Source: Phoronis australis
Lineage: Eukaryota; Animalia; Phoronida
DNA: 64,000 nucleotides
Assembly (NCBI GenBank): GCA_002633005.1
Contig: NMRA01000187.1
Span: 15,979 to 79,978 of the forward strand
Reading direction: 5' to 3'
This document shows, piece by piece, positions 24,541-35,543 of this stretch. Under the pieces are notes generated by a model that saw only the letters and a program-made list of their open reading frames with translations, ran no database searches and had not been told where the DNA came from. Position numbers and translations under genes: made by a program. Position 1 is the stretch's first letter. Every line of letters starts with the position of its first letter.

Positions 24541-25449
24541 AAATCTCCAACCTTATTCACAAAAATTGGCCATTTGTAAAATATTTCACGTGTGTCTAGC
24601 AAAATACTTTACATTCATTCTCGGGGAACTCCAAATACAAAATATACACTGAAAGCTAGAAAAAATAAGATTTAACAGAACCACCTTGGAACGGCACAAT
24701 GTACTTTTGTTATGCATTGGCAGTCAGACACGACATATAGCCTCGAATACATTAAATTGCATGAGGATTTTGTTGTTTCTTGTACTGTACTCTTTCTTGC
24801 TTGAAACACCGCAACTTGGGGTTTTTTCACGGGCGTCGAAGAATGCATTAGTGAGGGACACGTCCATTAGCGAAGCCAAACTATGTATTAACATGTTAGA
24901 CAAGGCGAACAGTGATCAAGGCTATGAAATGTCTTAAACTATATCAGAGGTATGTTTTAAAGATACAAAATATCAGAACGACCGATCACATGCAATTCTT
25001 CGCTTTCGCTTCTAATTTTTAACCTGGGCACCAAGATTTTAAAATATACTTCTTCGATCTACATTTTGACCTGACGAATTAAAGAATTATTTTCTCATTA
25101 AATCGTTATTACAATGCGCCTTTTTATACAGGATTTCATTTCCATTACCAACAAGAACATCGAAACCATCAGCTACTCAAGTAGCACTTCATAGTTTACT
25201 GTATTTGGTCATTCCTATTTCGAACATGGTGCGTGTAAGCCTGTGCATCCCACTTGATTTCAGCTGGTAACAGAAATGGAATCAGAAGTAAGAAATATTC
25301 GATTTTTAGAACGCTAAATGGGGAAATGCAGCCGTTTTTCAAACTACAGTTTTTACATTGCGTTTTCAAAGTCTGCTCATCAGACAAGAATTTCCCCAAG
25401 TTCACTTTGTTGCTTTCATTAAACTTAACTTGTTCAAACAAAGTGCATT

Positions 25450-26625
25450 TGAAAAATGCTTGAATTGCTAAAGCTGTCACAGTTCGACACTTGGAAACTC
25501 AGTCGGATTTTTCAACGTACTTCTTACTGAAGATGTGTTTACATGGGCACGCACTGTGCCGAATCATTTACAGGTGCGTCGCTAAAGTGCGAGAGCAACA
25601 GAAGATTCATCCAGTATTGAAACAAATTAAAGATTTTAAACGTCAAATTTTTAACCGCAAATTTTGTCGAACTTCGACGGTGACATTTTTTATGAACTAC
25701 TGTGTACGCATGTGTAGTACGAGCGTCTTACTCAATACACCTTCGACGGAATAATTTGACCCAGTTCTCAAAAAATAACTTTGACCCTTGTATTAATTAA
25801 TATCCAGTGATATTTTGAGCTTTGACATTGTATTTCATCCATAAAAAAGAAATTCAAATCGTATTTTTGTGAACTTCGAGTACAGAGCCAGTTAGTAAGG
25901 AAAGCTTGTGACTGCGACACATTTTAATGCCGAACAACACGCAAAAACCTATCCGTTGTCAGATAAAATGACAAAAATTGTTAATAGCCCTAAGAAAACC
26001 CCGTTATGGGCAGGGCAAATTTATCAGATGCAAACACGATCATATTATTGGCGTTTTTGGAAACTTTACAAACTTGAAAACTCTTGCTTGGATGGCGCTC
26101 TCTCTACAGACGTTTTGCGTCCTTTGTACAGCTGTTTCTCCGCAAATGTGCATAAACGTTGGTAACCAGACTTTTTCTCAACACAGTTCAGGGGCTACGA
26201 TGTCGGTGTTTATATGTGTCCATTGTTTTTAATGTTTAAGGCTTTTTGAAAATTTGTGCTTGGTGCCAGAAAATAATATTATGCTTTTATTTTAACAATG
26301 GAAACGACGAAGAACTAAAATATTATTGCACTATATAGATCTATATTGAGAACAAACGATGTAATAAACCTAACAGGTGACATCAAGTTCTGCTATACTA
26401 GTTCTACCGTATTGTTAGTAAAGTTGCTGACATTTGACGCATTTTTTTCTGTCCTCGTCCTCTTCACGGGGCTGTATATTCCTGAGGCATCATTAAACAG
26501 CACCCAACTGTTTCAATTTGTCCATACCACACTATTCGCAGTAAACAACCTGTAATTTGGAGCGCGAACCACTGGCGATGATGAGCAGTTCAAAACCACC
26601 GGCATCTTGTTAAGCAGGAAAGGTT
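25450..26625 (-). pseudogene. Degenerate accessory gene with GGFELL motif and RING-like finger
   Basis: ~26625-26470: TFPA*QDAGGFELLIIASGSRSKL...LKQLGA. ~25580-25470: DAPVNDSAQC / PCKHIFSKKYVEKSD*VSKCRTV (decayed CxHxFCxxC...CR). Stops and a frameshift present. Confidence 0.4.
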
Positions 26626-28423
26626 CTGCAATGAAGTTAGACAATTTTCAAACATTATATTTTAGTGACTTTGGACTAAATGTCTGCAAAATAGCACACT
26701 AGATTTTTCAAATAGTTATTTTCAGTCATAAAGAAAATAAGGCGGTCACATTCCACTGGACTAAGCCGTACGTGACAGATAAACTTACTCCTGCAATTTT
26801 CCTTGGCATGGTCGGCATCACGTCTAATGTGCCAAAGAAATATTAAAAATACTAACGAGTTCGTTCAAGACGCATTAAAACGGCCTCGACAGCGCAATCA
26901 AAAGGTGAACAATTTTCGAAACAGCATAAGGTTGGATTACTATGACCTTTCCAATAGGTGTCAGGTTTCGTCTTGACCAATTTCTTAACAGAACGTTTAC
27001 CTATTTTAAATTATCAAAATAATTTTGATTAACCATGTCTTTCAAATTAACTTGAAACCAACTTCAAGGAAGATTTTTTTGTTCATGAAAGATTTATTTT
27101 GGTGTAACCATGGTAAGAGTAACACCTGGAAATGTGTTGTGAAAATAGGAATAAAATCTCAAAAACGTTTTTCTACTTTGTCATTTTTGTTTTATGGAAA
27201 GTTGATTGTTTTCATAAAAATAAAGGTGTCGTGTTTTTGATAGACCGTCATGTAAAAGTGGAATATTTTAAGAGCAAATTATGTTTGTGCTCAATACAGG
27301 TTGCACTATAGGTTAATCATTTAATCATTGGTGCTGACATATATTGCCCACAGGGAGCCTCAGCTTCTGATCGTCCCCAAAATGCCGATGCGTACTGTTA
27401 TAACCAATGAGATAAATATAGCTGATTGGTCAATGGTGTTCCACGCGAATTGGTAAGGAGTTATACGATGAGTTACTGATGGGCGGCAATTGCCGGTTCA
27501 TCACGGAAGATTAGGTGGTACTGAACTGTTAGACTCGGGCCGCTAAAATCTATGGGTAAGCCAGGCTTGGGGATCTTGGTTAGGTATTGTATGTAGATCA
27601 AATGAATATGGCTTGTTTGTATTTGAGAACATCTTAAGGTTGAAAATAGACCACTTGCTCGGCTGTAGCTGCAGTGTTCTTCAAGATGGTGGCCCCCTGT
27701 TGCATATCTGGGTAGCAACTGAGAAATTGGCTGCGATTTCATGTAGCCCTCAAACAAGCCAGATCTGCAGAAAAACAAGTTGGTTGACAGTACNACTGCT
27801 TTGGCAAGACCAACATGTTCATTCGACTTGACTAACCTTTCTGTTTGATAGAAGTGACCTGTTCGTTCGACAAGTAACCTGTCTGTTCGGCGCAACTAAC
27901 TTGTTCGTTCGCTAAATAACCTGTCTGTTTGTCGAAAATAAACCAAATAACCTGTCTGCTTGTCAAAATTTTAAAAACGATTCGTCATTGTTTTAGTTAG
28001 ATTGAATTTTGTAGCAGTCAGCACTACGTTTTTAAAAGTGGTAGTTATAATCCTTGTAGCTGCGAACATCCGTATTTGTCGACTCGTTTATGTATCAAAA
28101 TCAAGACTTACCTCCCTTGTCATGCATACTCGGGAATTGCCCTATCGATGGAATACCGCAAATAGAATCACGACGCATGCGGGCGATATTGAAGTACATG
28201 TAGTATTATCCCATTTAAGCCCAGTGGGTCATATGTGGAACACCATGATTCGCGAACCATAAAACATTGAAAATCAGAGATATTGAGCCAATTTTTTTAA
28301 CTATGTTAAAATAATTAATCATTTAACTACTAGATGTCGCTCTCAAGCCATTAAACCAAGTTTACTATTGTAATCATTGTCATTGTATCGCCATATAGCA
28401 CTTCTGACAGCGCATGATGACTG

Positions 28424-29535
28424 CACAGGCGCTTGGGTTTATCGCAAATGACGTCACTCAATAATATGTATAAGAAAACATAAAGGTTGGACACTTAAAC
28501 TTTGCCAAGCCGAGGCTCCCAACTTCAACCGTCCAAAATCCACATAAAATCTGCGTGCACCTCTCTCAGTCTGGTTTTGCATAAACCTTCGAAGCCTTAT
28601 TTTTCCTAGATCCCATTAACTGTCTTCGTGAGTGGTGAATTGGTTATGGAATTTCCAAAACAATCTCAAAACTCTGAATTCAAGGACCTGAAATAGTAAA
28701 CATGGCGGATTTCAGTTGTGCTTCAACTTGTACGCCTGTCGTAAGTGAAACTTCGAGTTTGAGCAAGCAACCTATATTTCAAATTCAATAATTCTAATCC
28801 AAAACTCAACTAATTGAGAATGTTAAAGTTAGTATTTTAATGATTATTTGTAACTTTATTCCACTGACGGCTCATTTTAGCCCTTAACTTTATTACATAA
28901 ACTGGCGTATCTTGTTTCTCATCTTGACATCAAGCACTTTTTTGATTGAAGCACAACACACACTCGGCCAGGAAACGCATTCCGTGCAAGTATTACAATG
29001 CGCGTGGCCGACGAGTTAAATCAATGCTTTTGGCCAAAAGTAAAACCTTCACAAGAAATCACAGTACACAAAAAACTTCGCATATCAATACAGTATCAGG
29101 ATAATTTATATTTGACACAAATATGTGAGTAATTACATTTATTTGGCAATAAAGTGCTCCCTGCTTCTCATGATCAAGTAGTCGATGGATTGACGGCGAA
29201 AGTCGCGCGAAATTAGACTTTCGGATTTAGCTCGGGAGCGTCCGTCAAAACCCGGATGTGCGAAGACCGTCTGCCATGACATCACGGAATTAGGTCCTTG
29301 AATTTGTGATTTTGGCATTCTTTTGGCATTTTTGTTGCCAAATCACCACTCGAAGGCAATTTGAAGAGATCAAATAAAAGAAGGTATTCTAAGAGTTGTT
29401 CGATGCTAGTTTCGGGGAGTTCCATGCACATTTGAGTACAAAATTCTGAGCAAACAGATTTCGAGTGTCCAACCGTCATGTTTTCTTATATATATTATTG
29501 AGTGACGTCATTTGCGATAAACTCAAGCGCCTGTG
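28424..29535. mobile_element. Non-autonomous TIR element with 8-bp TSD nested in piggyBac
   Basis: cacaggcgcttgggtttatcgcaaatgacgtcactcaataat... and its inverse ending gcgcctgtg; TSD gatgactg/gatgactg. Confidence 0.92.
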
Positions 29536-29536
29536 G

Positions 29537-31569
29537 ATGACTGCACGACAAAGGTAAGTGTTTTTTTGTATTTACATTCTTTAATTTAGAAAAATTCTTG
29601 CATTATATTTTTGACTAAGCTATATGGAATATATGTAACTTGAAAATTCCATAATTAATAACTGAATATGGGTAGTGAAATTTGACTAAACCTGAATGTC
29701 ACACAAAAGACCCAGTGGGACAAAATCGGTGCTGGAGACTTATTGACCTACTTTTGTTTTTTCTGTAGGAGATTCACTGTTAGCGAAGCTGTTTCATTGC
29801 TAGAATACCGAGAATCATTTCAAAGGGTTGATATATACCTAGATCCACCCTCTGAAGGTGATATTACTGATGAAGATAGTGGAGACGAAGACACTGGAGG
29901 CAATGTTGACAATTTGTCGGGTCGACTACTCAATTCTTTGGCATCTGTTACCATAGTCAACAATTCATCTCGTGAAAGACTTGGTGAAACTTCCACTGAA
30001 ACTCCTTCTAGTGAAAGTGAAGAACAGGAAGATTCCGAGCCCCTATACAGTACAACAAGTCAAGGAAAACGTGCAAAGGCAAAGACTAAGCGTGAATGGG
30101 TGAAACAAGACATCGCTCGTGATAAATTCATATGGCGCGAGGAAATACCAAGAACTGCAACTTTGCCTCAGTCCCCTACCGGCTTGTTTGAGCTATTTTT
30201 TGACGACGATGTTATCGATGTTATTGTTCAGCAAAGCATTGTTTATGCCGGATCGAAAGGTAACCACGATTTCCAAACAAACCGTGACGAAATACGTGCT
30301 TTCCTTGGAATACACCTTGTGTCGGGATATTCCACTGTACCCAGGAGAAGAATGTATTGGTCACTGGATGCAGATTTGCGTAATGAAGCGGTGGCCAGCA
30401 CTATGCCTAGAAATAGGTTTGATGAGATCATGAAGAACTTTCATATTGCTGATAACAATAACATTGACACAAATGATAAAATGGCTAAAGTACGTCCACT
30501 CATTGCAGCTATAAATGAGAAAAGTTTGATGTACTTTCTGCGGGAGAGAAACCTCTCAGTGGATGAGAGCATGATTCCCTACTAGAGGCGTCATGGAGCA
30601 ACGCAATTTATCCGAGGTAAACCCATACGTTTTGGGTTTAAGATCTGGGCTTTAACAACACCCTTAGGGTATGCCGTTCAGTTTGAACCATACCAGGGTA
30701 AAAAAGGACATCAGGCAAGTCACTCCGCAACATTCGTTATGGGCGGAGGTGTAGTTGTGGATCTGCTGTCTGAATTACAGAAGGATAATGGATATCACAT
30801 AACATTTGACAATCTTTTCACGTCACTTCCTTTGATTGAGGAACTGTCACGACAGGGAATTGGTTGTACTGGTACAATTCGTGCCAATCGTGTTGAGGAC
30901 TGTCCTCTCTTGTCTGTCAAAGAAATGCAGAAAACCCCGCGAGGTACATTTGATTATTCCTTTGACTCCAAGAACAGCCTAATTGTCGTTCGATGGAATG
31001 ATAACTCCATAGTTAATGTTGCGTCAAATGTATACGGCATTGAACCCGCGCAGAAAGCGAAACGCTGGTCACGTGCGGAAAGTCAGCGAGTGAGAATCGA
31101 TTAGCCATTTTTAATATCCCACTACAATCAAACAATGGGTGGTGTTGATAGGATGGACCAAAATATTGACAAGTACCATGTGAGCATTCGTTCAAAGAAA
31201 TGGTGGTGGTGTATCTTTGCGTACTGCTTGGATTTATGCGTGCAACAAGCATGGCACCTGTATCGAGCTACACCAGCTGCACAAGAGAAGCCATTAGATC
31301 TGCTCGACATACGGCGAGAAATTGCCCTTGTATATCTCGCAAGGGGACGCCAAAGAAACCAGCAGGGTAGACCGCGATCAGATCGTGCCACACCACTACC
31401 TCGTCAGATTGTAGACGACATTCGATATGATGGCATGAACCATTTTATAAACACTCGTGAAACCCGTCAAAGATGTGCTGTTTGTGGTTTGAAAACCAAA
31501 AGGTTCTGTTCTAAGTGTAACATCACGCTGCATGATCGTTGCTTTGAACAGTTTCACATTCGTCGATAA
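29537..31569 (+). pseudogene. piggyBac transposase (PGBD2/3-like), two nonsense codons
   Basis: Mini-exon ATG 29537-29553 /gtaagt, acceptor tgtag/ at 29769. Single frame with SVDESMIPY, GKPIRFGFK, FDNLFTS, MGGVDRMD and a C-terminal Cys-rich domain. TAG at 30583 and 31102. Confidence 0.9.
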
Positions 31570-31589
31570 GCTGTGGACAGTTGTGGACA

Positions 31590-31831
31590 ATTGTTGATGC
31601 CTGACTATTTACATTCTGTATTGTTGATGCCTGACTATTTACATTCTGTATCGTTGATGCCTGACTAGTTACATTCTGTATTGTTGATGCCTGACTAGTT
31701 ACATTCTGTATTGTTGATGCCTGACTATTTACATTCTGTATCGTTGATGCCTGACTATTTACATTCTGTATTGTTGATGCCTGACTAGTTACACTCTGTA
31801 TTGTTGATGCCTGACTATTTACATTCTGTAT
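31590..31831. repeat. 30-bp minisatellite, 8 copies, inside piggyBac 3' region
   Basis: Unit ttgttgatgcctgactatttacattctgta. Confidence 0.95.
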
Positions 31832-32269
31832 TTTCATCACATTGATAGTTCGTAGTACAATCCTTTTTTGTTTGTCTCTTTTCAAGTCTTATTAGAGGAC
31901 AAACGGTCAAAATTGTGATGAATTTTTAGCTGTGAAAGGTACTTTCACCTGCATGTACCACCATGGACACTGTTTATGGAAAATTTTTCACTTTGATGGC
32001 TAAAGATTGTTTAAATTGTGAAAAAACATCAGTTTTGATCAATAAATAAGAGAGTTAAACATGTGAAAATGGTTTTTTATTTGTTACTAGAGCACCCATT
32101 TGATCCCTGGCCAGTGGGTCATTTGTGGCTCGTAATTATAAATGCTAGTAAAACTAATTAAAATGAAAAAGTCTCACCAAAACTCCTATTTATCTTCATA
32201 AAGTTGTCATATCTGTCATTTAATTAATTTTTGAAGCAAAAGAAGAAGTTGGGCATAAATGGGTTAATT

Positions 32270-34560
32270 GAATAGCGACGACATGGAACTGAAGAGATTT
32301 GGCTAAATATAGGGAATATAACACGAGATGTAAACATTAATAAAAACAAAATAAAAAATATTCCGAGAAAGACTAACCCAATCATTGTTGGATTCATCTA
32401 TGAATGAAAATAAAAAAGCAATTTTGGAATTTGGTGAAAGGTAACAAAGAAGAACGATCTTCAAGCATTACACATACACAACGGTATAACAATTTTAAAA
32501 GCGTTGATACTTCTCAAGAGTGGAGACTATGATGTATTTTTCTATCAGTTTTAAAATTAATGATTTTTTAGTCCGATTATGTGGTGCATCAACTTGGATA
32601 ATCAGTCAGTTTTTAATAAAATTATTACTTTTCATGAAGTAGATAAGTATGAATGACATGAAATTATGCAAAGCTGCTGAAAGTGATGCTATTTCGTTGA
32701 ATATTTTCAAGTTCGCAACACCCCTTTTTAAACAGTCTCTCCTTTGTCTGTATAATACATTTTTTGACATGGGGAGTTACCCCTCTCAATGGAATTCAGG
32801 TATTATAGTACCGGTGTTTAAGTCAGGAAATAATAACGACCCAGATAACTACAGAGGAATCACGCTGTTACAAGTGGCTGGCAAGATACTTGCCTGGTTG
32901 TTAAGTGTCAGAATATAGACTGACACTGTTTTTAATTGTATTGTATTGTATTGTTTTGTTTTGTTATTCTGTTTGATTGGCCTGACCCCTGAGTTAAGTA
33001 CAGTGATGGTGTAATTTGTTTACTGCTAAACAGTCTGGAACTTTCTAGAGGACTGAGGTCAGTACAATGATGATGTCATTTGTTTACTACAGTATAGTGA
33101 GGAACTTTCTAGAAGACTCGAGCATGACAGTGATTGATGTAGTCTGAAATATTCTAGAGACTAGTATAGGTTTTTAGAATGATTGTGTAGATTCAGGAAA
33201 GTTCGTGTACTTGAATTGATGTAAAGTTCCAGAACAATGCATTAGGCTATAAATACACAACCACGGGTTTGTGTTAGTCAGATCAAGTAAGTCCAAGAAA
33301 GTTAATCAAGAGAATTACAGTTGAGTTGCAGTGAATAGAATCAGCAGTTACAGCGATAGACAATGGAGATCCAGCTCACCTATTTCACGAAAGCGCCATC
33401 TTCCTGCACCATCTTTAAATACTGATCGAAAACGAGGCACACTGATAAAACCTCGTGAGTGATCATCAGCTGGCCATGGTGGTGTACTGTGCAGCGCCTG
33501 AACATACCAATTCCAGTAATAACTCGTCGGTATCCTTCCCAGGGATATACTTAGCCACTCGCCCAGTCGCCAATGCGAGTAAAAATGGTGCTGGGCGAGT
33601 AGAAGTTGACTTGCCAGTCGCCCAGGTGGCGAGCGAATTTCAGAGTGCAAAAGCACTATATATCGTTTCCCAAGATAATTGACCGGTTGTTATGTAACCG
33701 ACTCCAGTCATGGGCGGATGCGCACAATAATGTGTTTGAGCCTAAAACCGGTTTCAGGAAGGGGTATTCCACAGTGGATAACATGTTTATTCTAGATACA
33801 CTAATTAACAAATATCTATTGAAACTTAAAGGCCTTTTTAATGTCTTTTTGTCGACTTTAAGAAAGTGTTCGACTGGGTCTAGCGAGAAATCTTAAGTAA
33901 AAATTGTCAAGTTTTGGGATATAAACAGTATGTATGAGACTGTTAAGTCTTGCATGTGGCCTAATGGGAGTGGTTACGTAACCGATTTCTTCCAATGTAC
34001 GATAGGTGTAAGACAAGGGTGTCAATTGTCTCCCTTTCTCTTCTTGCTATTTATAAATGATTTAGAAAGTGATTTACACTATATACAGGGCTTTGTGTGT
34101 AAATATTGGAACATTGAATTGATATTTGTTGTTGTTTGCCGATGATTAGGTTCTCGTCGCTGAAACCGCTATTGCTATTAATTACCAAACTAGAAGAATT
34201 TTGTAATCAGTGGAAGCTTCATGTGAATATGTCGAAGACAAAAATTATTGTCTTCCGAAAAGTGGGATACTTGAGAAATTATGAAAAGTGGAAATTATTC
34301 GGCGAAATTGTACAAGCGACTTCAGAGTATAATTATTTGGGTATCAAGTTTACTCCTAAAGGTGCATTCACGTAGGCGCAGAAAACGTTAGCTGACAAAG
34401 CGACAGAGGCTATTTTTGTACTAAAAAGCGCATGTTTAGATACAATGACATTCCTGTGCAAATGTGATTTAAAATGTTTCGACTTTGTTATATGGTTCTG
34501 AGATTTGGGGATTTCACCAGCACAGGATTGAACGAAGGAATGATTGAAGAAAACGTTTGA
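32270..34560 (+). mobile_element. Degenerate LINE (CR1/L2-group) RT region, interrupted
   Basis: PDNYRGITLL, GFRKGYSTVDNMF, GVRQGCQLSPFLF, FADD-like motif, YNYLGI; frameshifts; insertion at 32904-33670. Confidence 0.85.
32904..33670 (+). mobile_element. Insertion in LINE, 5' part LTR-like
   Basis: Begins tgtcag, has repeated gaactttctaga and a tataaata at 33248; bounded by a 22-bp imperfect duplication. Confidence 0.45.
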
Positions 34561-34879
34561 TTATGGGAGTATTTGTTTGCGTTTGAATAAATTAAAGACA
34601 TCAATGGGCACCTAATGTGTCCTTCTATTTGCAAAAGTACTTATAACAACAGGATTTTGATGTTTTAATCAGTGTGAGGAATAATTCACCGGAAACCTTT
34701 CAATGTAGGAATCTCCTAGAGGATGTTCACCGTCTCTATTGGGACCAGCTAGAGGCGGTGGTCAGTGACTAATCAACTGAATAATAGGCATGTTATTCAG
34801 TTGTTACATTCATCAACTTTTTTGACCATGTTCTTGTTCTGTTGTTCGTTTCTCATTTTCCCGTAGTATAAAGTGATCA

Positions 34880-35500
34880 AAAAAACACGTGCCTGGTCAA
34901 GTCTACTGCTGTCACTGGTGTGTTCCATACCTGGCTAACACTAACAGTCTTACTTTGGTATTACTTGGGTGCAGAACCAGCGTCGTCACACTCAGTGCAG
35001 ACCCACAGATGCTCGGCTTTCCACGTCCTCAAGTCAGACAAGGTCCTTTGACTAACCTCTCCAACCAACTGCTGATTACACAGTCGTCTTGCTCGGCCAT
35101 GCACCACAGCCTCTCTCATATCCAAACAGCTGCATTCTGTCTATTGCATCTCCATTCTCCCGTGGCTACACCTCTCTAAGCGCTCCAAGAATCTCTCTCT
35201 CCAAATCTGAGGGCGTCCTGTATGGGTGCATTTCCCGTTCACTTGTCAGCTTCCTCATTTCCGGCGAGAATATACAAGTCAGCTCTCTCAGTCCACTGTT
35301 TTGTAAATGCAACAGCCACTCGTAATCAATGACTGACAATACTACCGCCTTGAAGAAAATCAATAGCTGGCGTTGTTCTACTGTGCAGGTAGCCATGGTC
35401 TTTAATGCAGCTAGTCCATGTGCGCACCGCTTAATTAGGTGGTTCACAACAGTTTGACTGCGTGCGGTATAACTAGTTAGCCACTTACTGAAGTTGTTAC
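34880..35500 (-). mobile_element. LINE fragment (post-RT region)
   Basis: VNHLIKRCAHGLAALKTMA...LLIFFKAVVLSVIDY resembles the region downstream of RT in non-LTR elements. Confidence 0.55.
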
Positions 35501-35543
35501 AACATATCGATTGCCTCATTCTTAAAACCAGAGGTCATTATAT

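Larger units (their letters stand above)
22637..27965 (+). mobile_element. Decayed IS3EU-like DNA transposon with two convergent gene remnants
   Basis: Left end tatgggcagcga followed by aaacagacaag subterminal repeats (22637-22940). Inverted repeats of the same type at 27740-27965. Integrase-core remnant on +, second gene remnant on -. Confidence 0.5.
28210..32263 (+). mobile_element. piggyBac transposon, full length, with nested insertion
   Basis: TIRs cccatttaagccc / gggcataaatggg; flanks ttat / ttaa; internal ccagtgggtcat repeats at 28221 and 32111; transposase inside. Confidence 0.88.

Noticed and set aside
31523-31885. ORF with (IQNVNSQAST)n
   Set aside because: Translation of the 30-bp minisatellite.
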